Part shown: in pieces, positions 23,660 through 37,551 of the stretch
Numbering within the stretch: position 1 is the stretch's first letter
Layout: the number at the start of each line of letters is the position of its first letter
Assembly: GCA_951406725.2 (NCBI GenBank)
Contig: OX597815.1
Coordinates: 182,218,001 to 182,282,000, forward strand
DNA length: 64,000 nt
Direction of reading: 5' to 3'
From: Octopus vulgaris
Lineage: Eukaryota
The notes under the pieces: model-generated
Told to the model about the DNA's origin: nothing
Database searches by the model: none
The model's input: only the letters and a program-made list of their open reading frames with translations
Made by a program: the position numbers and the translations under genes

Positions 23660-23851
23660 TGTGTGTATGTATATATATACATACATTATTGACATTTGAT
23701 GGATATTTGTCCTCATCTTATTTATTGTTAACACAAAGTTTCGGCTGATATACTGGGGAAATTTCGAACCTGGGTTCTCATTCGATAGTATCATTATTAT
23801 TTTGGTCACTGCCTGGAACTAAACTCGGAGTTATAGAGTGCATTTTAGGGC

Positions 23852-23911
23852 TTATAAATCTAATATTTTCGTATCCTTCCTTAATACCGGTTCCCATATG
23901 CTACTCATATC

Positions 23912-23915
<4 letters not shown>
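23852..23915 (-). pseudogene. Short PLE 3'-end fragment
   Basis: ADMSSIWEPVLRKDTKILDL* matches ADMNRIWEPVLRKDRKILDL* at 22431-22493. Confidence 0.75.
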
Positions 23916-23964
<49 letters not shown>

Positions 23965-25518
23965 GTATATATATATAGAGAGAGAGAGATACATAGATAG
24001 ATAGATACCGATATATATATATGTATACACACACACACACATATATGTACGCATCTATACAAGAATATATATACACACACACATATATACATACACCCCA
24101 TACACAAATTTATGTATGTATATGCCAAAGAGTAAAATTTTCAAGTTATGAGGAAACATATTCAAGAATGCACTATCTTACATACAAAATAATGTAGGAT
24201 CGAGCTGCTGGAAGATATATTGCATTCTAGGTCAATAGACTCCATTTCAAATCAGTTATGCTACAGTACAAACGATGTATACGTGTCTAAATGTTGTTAC
24301 AGTTGATTATTTACAAGCCTAAAATTTTAATTAAAATTTTAACATCCATTCTATTTTAAATTAATTTATTGTTTTAAGATTTAAGCAAAGAGAATTCACT
24401 CTTATTTATAATCAAACACTAATTATCAAAATTCTTGTATAATTAAGCATTTGTGTATTTTGATAGCAATAATGCAGATATTCTTCCCGAAGATCCAATG
24501 GAAGTCCTTCAAAATGAAGGTGTCGAGGACCCTTGCTTGTAAAAGTTCTTCAACTCTGATTTAATGACATTTCATGAATACTTGATGAGGTCCAGGTTTA
24601 GATCATATCTCAATATCAATTTCCTAATATTTGATAAGCATTTCTACTAATTTAGTGATATAGGTAAAAACACTATCACACGTATTTCTTCTCTTTCTTC
24701 CTTTTTCGTTGCCTGTTTGAATTATATAGGCTGTTGTTCAAAGAGATTCCAAAACGTCTGGAAATGATCTCCTTTCCTTATTTAGTTAGTTGTAGGTTAG
24801 CATTGACCAAAGAGATCAAAGAGATCTGTAATGAAACGCATGCTAGCCGGGAACATATCGTCTTATTAGGGACAATAGTGTGCAATGAACTCATTTTCAA
24901 AACTGCAGAACGTGATTTGAGGGATAATTTTGGCATTTATTTCTAGCAAATTGTGTGACCATGTTAATGCTTACTTACTAATTGTCATGGAATTACACTT
25001 AATTTGAAAAAAATAGTGGATTTATACACATGCTATTGAAGTACAACCATACCATTATGGAATTAACTGCAGTGATCAATACAAGCTATCTTACCTAAAC
25101 TTCCCATTTGACGTCATCAGGAACTAATGATGTTCTACTGGAGCACAGGGAATTCTGATAATCATGACGCCAAGAATTTAAGCAAAAAAAATCACGTTAT
25201 TTTCTTTGTAGATTTCAAGAAATTGTTTTATGTCAGTAATTAATATATTCTATTTGATAATTTGGTTTCTGAGATAACGAAATGTTGAAATATTGGACTC
25301 CTAGGGGAAACCTTTTTATGCTGCGTATTGTTATATTCAATCCATTCTTGAAGAGATATTTTTTAATGACGGAGAGGTAGTTAATGATTGATATCATTTT
25401 TATTTTCAAGTGGCAAGCAGTTGAGACATCTCGCAGATTTCAGTTTTACTCTGGTCTCATCAACAAAAAATAACTTCGCCAACTTTGCTGATGTATTGTC
25501 GAAAGTATCACTAAGTAA

Positions 25519-25549
<31 letters not shown>

Positions 25550-26319
25550 TAGTTATAACAATAATTAAGGGTTTAGCAACAGACTGCTTCACCACATACC
25601 AAAACTTTAGAAATAGCAGCCAAAAGACCGTTATCTTTTCACTACAAAATATGACTCCACAGATAACAATATCTGTAACTCACATAGGTAAAAAGAAGGA
25701 GAATAACGAAATAAAATCTTCGATTAATTATGGACGGGTTTCTGGATTAGAATTATAAAAATTCATTTCCTTTGTCAACATAATATTTCGAGAATTATAA
25801 ATTTGAAAATGCTAGGAAAACGTATCCTTTGAATTTCCGACCAAGCGCCATCGGAACATAACACAAGGTAGTCAGCATATCCAAACTTATATGGACGAGA
25901 GAAATTCGCATTTTCCCTCCAAGTTTATCATGGTATATATATATATATATATATATATATAAGATTGATCATCTTTCAGAACTAGAAGATTGAATTGTTT
26001 GAATGTTAAATGATTTAGAGAAGCCATCTGCATAAAAATACAATAGTTAAGTTAGTGTTAATATCGTTAATGCTTGAATCATGAAAACGCAGAGTAAAAT
26101 CAATCTCTAAATTTGTGGTGCAGAGTAAAATCAATCTCTAAATTTGGTTTTAATGGTGAAAAAAAATCGTTTGCGCACCAATCTTAAGAGCAACCGAAAG
26201 GGTGGAGAAAATTCAATTGAAGAATGAAATGTGGAAATAAATTTAAACAAAACACTTCAACATTTGGAAAAAATTATATTACAAGTCTAATAATAATTAT
26301 GAAATTTATCACATGTTTG

Positions 26320-26815
26320 GGCGTGTGTCGAAAGACGTTTGCTTCCCAAACCCGTGATTCCTGGTTCAGTCCCACTGCGTAGCACCATCACCAAAAGTCT
26401 TCTACTATAGTCTCGGGCCAGCCAAAGTGGATTTGGTTGATGGACAAGAGGGCAGGTGTGTCGAACTTCCTCCTTCACCGAAAGCCAATTGCAGAAAAAT
26501 GGTCATTGAACGGCAGTGTTCTAGCATGGCCACATCCTTTGGGCCGAGGCATATAAAGAAATAAGATATATATATGTGTGTGTACACTTGTGTGTGTGTC
26601 TGTCTTTGTCTCTCTGCTTGTCCCCCACCATACTGCCTGACAACCGATATTGATATGGTTACGTCCCCGTAAACTAGAGGTCGGAAAAAGGATTCGACAG
26701 AACAAGTTCTAGGCTTTAAAAAAGTACTAAGGTCGATTCGTTCGGCTGAAATTCTTTCAAGGTGGTGCCCCAGCATAGGCGCAGTCTAATGACTGAAGTA
26801 GGTAAGAGATGATAT
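26320..26815 (+). mobile_element. SINE family B (tRNA head, CORE-like domain, internal microsatellite, stem-loop tail), diverged
   Basis: GGTTCAGTCCCACTGCG...CTTCTACTATAG; 3' part TTACGTCCCCGTAA...GGTGCCCCAGCAT...GACTGAA. Confidence 0.7.
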
Positions 26816-26889
26816 TATAATTGAAACAAGTCAAGTCTATTTGCTTATGTGCCAGAATCTCACTCATATTCAATATAAATGTATATGGG

Positions 26890-27190
26890 AGAAAGATGAA
26901 GAGAGAGAGAGAGAGAGAAGCAGACAGACTGACAGAGAAAGAGAAAGAAATGGGCGACTGAAAGTGAGAGAGAGACAGACTGACAGACAGACTGACAAAG
27001 AAGGAGAAAGAAAGCGGTGACAGAAAGTGAGTGAGAGAGAGAGAGAGAGGCAGACAGACTGACAGAGAAAGAAAAGAAAGGGGTGACAAAAACTGAGAGA
27101 GAGAGGCAGACAGACTGACAGAGAAAGAGAAAGAGAGGGTGTGACAGAAAGTGAGTGGGAGAGAGAGAGAGTGAGAGAGAGAGAGAGAGA
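26890..27190. repeat. GA-rich compound minisatellite (~55-60 bp unit)
   Basis: Repeated (GA)n-GCAGACAGACTGACAGAGAAAG...GTGACAGAAAGT units. Confidence 0.85.
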
Positions 27191-27670
27191 TGGGTTCATA
27201 TGATCGATTCATGTTCGCTGAATAAAATATTCTGTGAATTGTGTTTCACTAAATACAGACCGTACTTAAAGAAAAAAAAACATTACGTAAATAGAAATGA
27301 AAGAAAAACTATAATTTTGTCAGCGTCCAACCTACATTAATAGTTTGCAACAATAATATTGGTAGATGATAATACTATTAATTCTCCTTATGCCAAATCT
27401 TTTCATCCTATTACTTCATCATTAAAAAAAAAATTTTTCTTTACATTGTCTCAGGTTGAAAAGGCATTTCAATAACTCATCTCTGGATCTGGCTGATGTC
27501 GATGCATTTTTTGAGAGTTTGGATTTGTTATGATGTGTTTTCTACTTGCAGTTAATCGAATCATCGAAGGAGGTTTTATGTGGTGGGTCCAAATACTAGT
27601 GATAGAAATCAAATCTCGGTAGTGTCGTCAAAAGGAAGGACACGTTGCAGAATTGAGTTATAGACACACA

Positions 27671-27734
<64 letters not shown>

Positions 27735-29330
27735 CAATGAAACCCGAGAGGATACTAACTATATACTATACCAGATTAGCTTGATCTAAATATCATCAAG
27801 TATCTATTTGTCTATTTATCTTTGTCTCTTTGTTTGTTGTATGCTTGAATGTATGATGTATGTATTTCTCTTTCACTTTTATTTCAAGATTTCTTGCCAA
27901 TAGAGAAAGAGAACTGGTTTCTAACCGTGATCCAAGGATTTTTCATCGGAATTTCAACAACCTCAACAGGGTATTTTTGTATGTATGTATTTGTGTATGT
28001 ATTTGTGTGTATGTATGTATGTATGTATGTATGTATGTATATATGTATGTATGTATGCATGTATGTATGTATGTATGTATGTCTGGCTGTCTATTTGTGT
28101 ATCACCTGTCTGTCAATCGGAAGAAACTGTAGTAAGATATGCGCTTCGACATAGAATTGCAAGAAAACAACTCTTTGAGGAATAAAATCAGAATATTCTA
28201 ACACGAAATTCTGCAAAATATTACTTATCCTGGGCATAAAATAACAGGTCATGCACTAGATTTTATCTAATAACATGAGCTGAAACGTATCAAGTTTAGA
28301 TATGGAAACAGTATAGTGAAGATAAACGGGTAGCGTTCCATGACTTTATTAACTGAAGCAGTCGCAAGGGATTTCCAAATTTGTGTATTGAATCTAACAC
28401 ATGGAATGCGGTACCTACAGAGTCCAGATGACCAACATAATAAGATAAGCTCCAACCCTTCGTTATAACTTGCTTTCGTTGTTTGAATTTATAAATTCAA
28501 TGGAAATTGACCATCAATAACAATGCATATAGCATTAGGTGTTTCTTAAATACCGTTCTGCTTAACTCATATCGTATCAAATCGTTAATATTATAAGAGT
28601 AAATTAAATTATTCAGATTAAATATGCTTCAACCTATCCTCTTCCGTTTACTCTACATTGAAATATGTTTGGTTATTTGATATATCTCATTTACATACAA
28701 GCAAATTGCATATTAACTTACTGTGCATAAAGTAAATTGCATAACATAAATATGGTAATATACTTACGATAGACTTTGTATTACCTGAAACTTCGATTTG
28801 ATTTGCATTGAATCATTTTAAAATTCTATAGAATACGTTCATTGTTAATACACTTGGAAATCAGTGAATGTATGAAGAACTAAAGTACTTACAATTCAAT
28901 AATACAATCGGTTACCAAATCACTCATTCGTTTTATCACCAATGATACGTAGATCTCAATCATATTCTAATCATAAATAAAGTCTGACGGTCCGCATGTT
29001 CAGTATTAGTGATAATTATCACCCCTCTCATTAAAATAACCGAATAAACGTAATTCCTGCCTATGACGAATACATATTCAAAATATCTGATATCATTAGA
29101 TGAACTGTTAAATCATGTCTAATTTCAACAACTAGCCTCATTTGCAGTTGTATTCAGTATTGCAGAGTTATGAAGATCGATCAGACTTGGTAGATTTCGT
29201 TGCTATTTCTACCAAGTCGATTGATTTAGTGAAGGCTTCCTCATTGAGTTTTATTTTAGCAGTTGTTACATATTTGTGAAAATTTCACCTCCAGTATGGT
29301 CTGGTATAGTTTGAATTTATAGTTCAATTG

Positions 29331-29362
<32 letters not shown>

Positions 29363-29363
29363 G

Positions 29364-29406
<43 letters not shown>

Positions 29407-29407
29407 C

Positions 29408-29972
29408 TTCAAGTACCACTTGAAAAGGAAAGTGAGAGTAGAGAGGCAAGTTTTGTCTAGCGAATGTTTTAAAAAAAGATGGGTGAATGTAGCAAGGATG
29501 GCACGTATGAATGACGAAGCCACCTTGAGCATAATCCTATGAGCCCAGAAATTGAAAACAGAGGGTTACCCACTTGCAAACAAATGTGGTAACATATAAC
29601 AATATTGACCAAGGTTACCGTGATCTTTTTCGTAGGCTTTTCTTCCCACGGATAAACCTTACTTGCTTTCCCCTTTACACCATATATCATAACACTGTGA
29701 TACACGATCCCTATTGATCGTTTATTTTTCCTCTTCCCCTTTTTCCCCCTTATTTCTTCTTTTTTCATTTGTCTTTTCTTTTGTTCCTTTTCCTTTTCTA
29801 CTTTTAAAAAATTTTTTTTTTGTTCTTTTTCCCTTTTACGATCCCTTTTGATCGAAAACCTACGCCACCTTTTTTTGTTTCTTTTGTTTTTGTTTTTTTC
29901 ATCCCCCAAAAGAAAAGCTCTACCTTGTAACTTGTCCCATCTGTGTGCAGCCCTGTGTGGCCAATAAAGAAA
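29408..29972 (+). mobile_element. 3' end of Tx1/L1-clade LINE inside a (TATC)n tract
   Basis: FKYHLKRKVRVERQVLSSECFKKRWVNVARMAR is homologous to FHLKRKVWLENRCLSESMFKKRWKHVAR in the 17577 ORF; T-rich UTR; tail AGCCCTGTGTGGCCAATAAAGAAA; TATC repeats on both sides. Confidence 0.8.
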
Positions 29973-30050
29973 CTTATCTATCTATCTATATGTCTGTCTG
30001 TCTCTCTGTCTGTCTAACTATATCTATCTATCCATCTTTCTCTCTCTCTC

Positions 30051-30091
<41 letters not shown>

Positions 30092-30092
30092 A

Positions 30093-30300
30093 CCTTTCAA
30101 AATGTGACCTCGTGTGTACCGTTGACGATTTTTTTCCTCTGTCTTCCCTTCTCTGGATCTTTCCTTCTCCTATGTTTCCGACGAAGAGCTCCGCTCGAAA
30201 CGTTAAACCCTCCTTCTTTCCTGAGCGTCCAATAATACTATATTTGTTCCACATCCTCGCGTTCTTGTGTTTTTTTGTGTTTTCTTGTTTGGATTAACTT
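30093..30300 (+). mobile_element. Family H1 short element with hammerhead motif (30174-30208)
   Basis: GTTT-CCGACGA-A-GAGC-TCC-GCTC-GAAA-CGTT-AAAC; flanked by TA-rich microsatellites. Confidence 0.72.
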
Positions 30301-30319
30301 TATATACATATATATATAT

Positions 30320-30362
<43 letters not shown>

Positions 30363-30365
30363 TAT

Positions 30366-30413
<48 letters not shown>

Positions 30414-30689
30414 AGATATAGATATATATGTATATGTATATGTATATATAGATATATATATAGATAGATATGTATATATCTGACTGCCTGCCTATGTATC
30501 TTTCCCCCACTCTCTATGTATATACGTATATTTGTATGTATGTATATATGTATGTGTATGTATGTATGTATTATACATATATTTTATACTCCTGATATAT
30601 ATTTTTTTAATTTCATTTATTTCATCTAGTTTCAGCTCACGAGCTGTGGCCATGCTGGGGCACCGCCATTATATATATATATAATGAAA

Positions 30690-31560
30690 ATAAGCAACGA
30701 GGCTCCATTTAATTGAACAATGCAATCATTCCATCAATTTAAATACAGCGCTATCTTCAGCTGCTCAAAAAAATTTCATATGGAATTTCAACATGTAGGC
30801 TACATTAATATAAATTTTCGTAAAATTTTTTTACAGAGCAAGAAGATTAAAGAAATTCATGTTGTCGCTATTGTATCAAGAGTGGCTAAGAATAATACAG
30901 ACTACAATTTCTTATAATAGCGTGGAGCGAAGTGGAATCATAGCATTATAATTCATTTCCAATTTATATATCTCTTTATCATCTGCTAAAATCTGAGACT
31001 TGAAGACTGTATATATCTAGAATAAAGAATAAAAATGAGTTGACAGCTCATGGCTATTGATCATAAATATTGCCATAGGTATCCCTCTCCCCACGAAGGA
31101 AAAGAAACAAAACTTTAGAAAGGGTCAATTATATAGAAGTAATTGTCTATAGAAAGAAGCAAGGTAGGGGCATAGTTCAATTCATGATGTGAATTACCAG
31201 TTAAAGGAGTAAAACACTGTGAAACTTAAGATGCTGATACAGGGGGAAATATTATTAGGGGCCATTTATAAGCGATATTATTATGTTGTATAAAAATAAA
31301 ATAACATTTAAGAATTCAGGAAAAAGATATCACAACAAAAACAGCTAAAAGGCGTATGTATCAATTGTAAACATTAAAGGAAGATTACCATTATGTAGAA
31401 TCAGTTTAGTACTTCTTTACTTAATTAATTAAGTGGTTTCTATAAAGACTGCTCAAGCCACTTACATATGGAATATCTGGAAAGATATACATGCTATCTA
31501 TTGATTTGGAGTAATGAATCAGAAGCAGAATAATAAGATAATGATAATACATAGACATAA
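30690..31560 (+). pseudogene. Highly degenerate PLE-like coding relic (tentative)
   Basis: Cys-containing linker (KGVCINCKH...LPLCRI) followed by YGISGKDI-like sequence; many stops and frameshifts. Confidence 0.35.
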
Positions 31561-31709
31561 ATATTAAATATAAATATACTCGAAAATATGTACTGATATT
31601 TTAGTAGGTATAAGAGTGTAAAAATAATGCCTACAGATACATATACAAAGAGGGTTTTATTATATGTATACACTCACACATACACACATATATGTGCATA
31701 TATGTATTT

Positions 31710-31890
31710 TTTTTCCTCCGTCTTCTCTTCTTTGGATCTTTCCTTTTTCCTATGTCTCTGACGAAAAGCTCCGCTCGAAACGTTAAATCCTCCTTCTTTC
31801 TTTCCTTTCCTGGGCGTCCAATAATACTATACTTGTTCCACGTCCTCGCATTGTTGTGTTTTCTCTTTATATTTTCATGTTTGGATTAAC
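31710..31890 (+). mobile_element. Family H1 short element with canonical-core hammerhead motif (31755-31787)
   Basis: CTGACGA-AAAGC-TCC-GCTC-GAAA-CGTT. Confidence 0.7.
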
Positions 31891-32644
31891 TATTTATATA
31901 TACATATACATAAATATATATACGCTTATATGAAAGAATATAGTATAAATATTTTGCATAAACATAAGAAACTGAAAAATATCAATTAAGAACAAGAAAA
32001 ATAACAATTTATAAAGGATAAGAGATTAATAAGGTAAGCATGCCAAAATATGAAAACAAAATAATAAGAATTTATATAAAATAATAAGAAATATATATGA
32101 AATACATATAAAGAGACAGGGGATTAAAATTAGAGGCAGGGAAAAGATAAGGGTAACCTAAAAGAAGCGGATAAGTATGGAAGTAGTGAGAGCAGTTAAA
32201 AGTGTTCAAACCGAAGAGGTTTTCTTATTTGTAATACTACAGATGTTATTGTATGTATGATTGTATAGTTACTAGGGGGTATAATATTTAGTCAAAGGAG
32301 ACTTGCTTTCATAAAATCACTACAAATATACATAATATGACTATTAGGGTAGGAATTCATTGAAAAGAAAAAAATGGTGTAATGGCCAAAATAGGATGAA
32401 GTCAGACTAACTAGGCACGGGTTAACATGAAATAATAATACATATAGTACACCATATAACACAACACATAGCATATAACATATGTAATGTAATGCAATCT
32501 ACCACATAACATATTATCCTATAATTTTATATTCTATACTAGAGGATAAGTTATAACGGATAGGACATAAAAATTTATTCCCATCATCAAAGTTCAAGTA
32601 TGATAATTGTAATATTATTAGTTTCGAAAATACTTGAATGTACG

Positions 32645-33045
32645 GGTGACGTTATGCATGCATGATAACCTTAGGTCCAATCTATTATTAATCAGGTTGT
32701 TCTTATCTCTGTAACTAAAAATGTCATAAATTTCCACAGAGCAAAGCTCACAACCATATCGACTATATCTCTATAAGGCTGCGCCTTACGTATTATATCT
32801 CATTTAAGGCTAAATTCAGTCTCGCTTTCTTTGACTTCCTAGATCTTACTAGATAAAGACGTACTATTAGCTTTATGTCTAAGTCTAAATTATGAAAATT
32901 GGTTATTAATACATGTTTTCACATTTATCGAACATCCAAGGTACCAGCCTCAGTCAAAATTGTACATCTATAAACTACGTTTCGGATTAAACATCGAGCT
33001 AATAATGGGCAATGGGATTTAATCTACAATTGCAACCGGGAGCAT
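32645..33045 (-). pseudogene. Neptune-type PLE zinc-linker/GIY-YIG endonuclease relic
   Basis: GCNCRLNP/CPLLARCLIRNVVYRCTILT...IIRKAQPY...CELCSVEIYDIFSYRDKNNLINNRLDLRLSCMH across frameshifts. Confidence 0.75.
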
Positions 33046-33345
33046 TACTACTATTAATATTATTTATATTCCTATCATTGTTATTATTATCGATATTATT
33101 ATTACTACTACTATAATTACTATCGGAATTATTATTACTGTTATTATTTATATTTCTTTCAACTATAGTACCTTTTAAATTCATCTCAGCATCATCAGGA
33201 ACCGCATCAGTAATCCCTGCGGTGGTATGAACATCGGAGTCACAGTTTATATTATACATGGTAGATATTGATAGTTCTGTTCCTAATTCCTACATCTCCA
33301 TTATAATTACCGTCATTATATGGGTTTAAACCAGTTTGACAATGC

Positions 33346-33412
<67 letters not shown>

Positions 33413-34671
33413 TCCTCTTGCTAATTTTATATTTTTTCTACTAAATCTGGATACGATGGTATCTATATTGGGGACGGTAGAATACGAGATTCTGAGACAA
33501 CGATACTAACATGAAAATGTTACAAACCTAAGAGATATTATGATTATATGCCTTCATCAGCGTGTAAGGAAGATAATAATGAGTTGAAGACTTATGAAGA
33601 GATTAAAAATAATGATACATTTTGAAAATTTCGAGCCGATGTCTCTTGCCAAAGAAAGAAAGATAAAAAGAAAAAGCATTAATTTAAAGGCCAAGAATCT
33701 ATCTTTGTCGAAAGACTTGTCGTTTTCTTTAAAATGAAAAATTACTCGTTCTTGCATTTATTTATGGATAAATCAATATGCCACGACCATAGATGTAAAC
33801 AGTGTTCATAAAGTAGTGAGGCAAGAAGCCGAAGAGATAGGACCTGAGAAGACTCGCAATCAATCAATACAAGCATTAATAGACGCAATCGCATGATAGT
33901 TTTCTCTCTGCCTGGAAATAAACAAACAATAAAATTCAGAGTTCTCAAAAGTTTTATACAGATGTATTTAAAGAGAAGTCGAGCGTTTTCTTTGGCGCAG
34001 TTTCTTTCTTGAGAAAAACACAACTTTTAAGGAAACTTGAGTTTGCTACTGAAATATCTCATGTATAAAAATGTACGTTTGTGGAAAATATTTTTTCCGA
34101 GAACAAATTTAGATATAGTGTTTTTATTCCCTATTGCTTTCCTATAATTTTGAATTTGTTCGGCCCTTCTTTCTCAGCATGGAGGTCAAACTGAAGGAAA
34201 CAGCACACAAAACATCTCGAAATACCTGGGTTAATTTTGTTCTCCTTTCATGTTCAAAATCTGCCATTGTCAATTACGATTTTCATGTTTCTTAATCGAC
34301 CTCTTACATACGGTCCATTCAAACAACTTTACCCATCCTATGCCAAATTGAAAGTACTCTTTAAATCGATATTTCTCTCTTTGTAGATGTTTTTTTCTGG
34401 CTTCCACAATTATTTTCTCGGTTCGTATCTCATAATTTTGTCAGCTTACGTACGTTTAATGAATGGAAACATACTTTCATACATGCATATGTACATACAT
34501 ACGAATATTGTAATTTATGTGCGTACGTGTATATACATTAATATATTTATATGTATGCACACACACACACACACACATGTATACGTGTATATATATGATT
34601 GTGAATGTAATATGTACCTATATATATATATAACATAGCTCCACATATATATTGTTGCTTAGCCCTATTTA

Positions 34672-34714
<43 letters not shown>

Positions 34715-35273
34715 AACTTATATATATATATTTAGCTTATATATATATATATATTTACCTTATATATATATTTATTATATATATATATATATATCTTTAC
34801 TTTATATATATATATGTATGTATGTATAATACACACACACACGAGTGTCTACAAAGAAACTTCCCTACCACCCTCCCCCTCTCAGTATCTCCTTGCAGTT
34901 CTTACAGCTAATGTCTACAGGCGTGAGAATGTGTGGCAGTATACAAGTGTCTAGAGGTTTATGAGTGTGTGTTCATAGTGTAGCGCATGTACGGCTGTAC
35001 TGCATAATTGAACAAGACGTCCAGAACGTGATGAGAAAGATAGTTTCCTCACCTAGACCAAGACGAAAAACCCTTTCTCAATTATAATATATTATGATAA
35101 AATATTTGTCTAAATTTACATTTTCTGTACGCTTGCTCTGTATCTCTATAGACGATGGATGATGAATTTCGGAGAGACCTGAAAAAGATGAAAAATAATT
35201 TCTAATGACATTCGAATCTGAAGTTGCTACTCGTCTCCCGGAAATTAAATATATTTTTTCCAATCTATTTGAA

Positions 35274-35700
35274 GTGGCTGCGTGGTAAGAAATTTGCTTC
35301 TCAACCACAAGGTTCAGGTTCAATCCTACTGCGTGACACCTTGGCTAAATGTTTCCTATTATAGCCTTGGGCCGAGTAACCCCTTTTAAATGAATTTTGT
35401 AGACGGAGACTGAGAGAAACCCATTGTATATATAAGTCTGTCTGTGTGTCTATCTGTGTGCGTGTGTGTGTCTTCTCTCTGTCTCTCTCTCTCTATCGAT
35501 CTATCTAGCTAACAGATGTTGGTGTGTTTACCTCCCCGAAACTTAGCGGTTCGGCAAAAGGATTCTATAGAATAACTACTAATCTTATAGAGAATAAGCC
35601 CTGGCGTCGATTTGTTCTACTACCGTCAGAACGTAAAGAGAGACGAAATGCCGCTAAGCGTTTCGCCCAGTGTGCTAACGTTTCTGCCAGCTCATCACCA
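35274..35700. mobile_element. SINE family B (+) fused to an inverted SINE A head fragment
   Basis: TGGCTGCGTGGTAAG...GGTTCAATCC head and CTTAGCGGTTCGGCAAAAG 3' part; 35626-35700 matches the SINE A head on minus. Confidence 0.75.
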
Positions 35701-37551
35701 TGGTAAAAATATTTATTATGCCAGAAAAGTTTGTCATTATTCTGTTTCAAAACTGATATTTTAAAATCTAATCAGGCATTGAATTACCATAAAACCTGTA
35801 AAGTTTTATTATTTTTGTATCACTAAGAGGGGAAAAAGAGAGGAACATTGTTCTTTTACTGTATAGCAAAATCAGAGGAGGGCTCTTCTGAAAAGTATAT
35901 TTAGATACAAGCCGTTATATATATATATATATATATATATATAACTATTCTTACTCTTACTATGAGTATTATTTGAAACTAAAAGAAAAATTGTTCATAA
36001 AATGCGATCAGTAATACGAATAATTTTAATTATGTTTAGAATTTCTGAGGTAAAACATAACAGAGTTATGTTATTTTGTGTAAGGGCCACAAACAACTGA
36101 CTGACGTACAAAAAGGTCAACCTCTTGAAATAATAATGAAACTCCCCTTGAATCATATTATTTTGTCTTCAGAATATCGAAGATTACTTTGGAGAATATA
36201 GTATTAAATGCCTGGTAGATGAAAATGAAAACAGAACAGTCATTTTGAAGTTACTTCTGTTATATCTGCTTAATCATGAACGAACTGTGACAATTCGGAA
36301 TTGTTCATTCCGTTTATCGATGAATTTAGTATTTTGTAAATACGACGTATGACGACACTCCTAATGTCTTCAGAATGATTTATATAAGTATAAATGATTG
36401 ACAAACTATATTTTATCTATTTCAGCAGATAATTTTAGTCTTGCAGGCAGCATATTACTAACTGGTTATTTCACTTGCAGTATCTATGGCAATTTGGTAA
36501 TTCTTCGAGGAAATAAAAATAATTACCATTTGTTATTCCTTACTATTTCTCATCTTCAAAATATATGTGTTGGCGTTGCTGATCTTTATCATCTTTAGAC
36601 TTCTTCATTATAATGATAAATTTCCATCATTTCTGTATATATATATTCCTCTTACTAGATACAAACCACCAGGAAGATTAGCAGCTTCATTCACTTCGAA
36701 TGTTCGTGCTTATGGAAAGAATTAAAATAGAAAATGTGGAAAGCTCTGCTTGTTTTTAAAACCGAAACCTACTTTTAAAACCGGAAACATTTCTTAGAAA
36801 CTCTCCAACTCTGACCACCCATTATGTAAAGCTAAAAGAATTCCTTTTTCTATATTATGTTACAAATTAAACTGAATGACAGGCAGCACTATAGCTTCAC
36901 TTTATGAATACGGCATCAATATCATCGTTATCTTCCTCGCTGTCGTTGTTGCTGTCGTGTACGACAGTGTCATCAGCCATATTGTTTGTGGTAAATACAA
37001 TGCGTTGACGAAAGTAACGAGAACTTAAATAAGTTACATCACGTAGATATTACATAATCATCGACATTATCGTAGTTTTTGGTTTCCTTTTTCAAAGAAC
37101 AGGCAATATAGTTTGTCATGTCTGACATTTTTCGCTGTGTAAACTACAGTTGTATTTTTTTTAATAAATAGTGAACTTTTAGATTTCTACTTGTTTTAAA
37201 ACTGCCTTTGATCGTCTGCCTGACAAGTACCTACAAGTATGTTTTATATGACCATCGTGAGTAATATTATTATCAAAATTGGTTCCACTTTATAGAATAG
37301 ATGAAAATGTGCATATTTCCAACTAATCTGTTTTGATGTGTAAATTCATGCATCTGCTTATCATAGACATGAACTGGAATGCTCAAAAGTTATATTGTTA
37401 GATAAACTCTATAGTTTAATATCTATTTATGTCATGGCATTGATATATATACATGTATATATATACAAACACTCAAACATATGTATGATGTATGTATGTA
37501 TGTATGTATGTATGTATGTATGTATGTATGTATGTATGTATGTATGTATGT

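Noticed and set aside
25190-25500. Possible RT relic (FVDFKK..., FADV)
   Set aside because: Only two short degenerate motifs; too weak to call.
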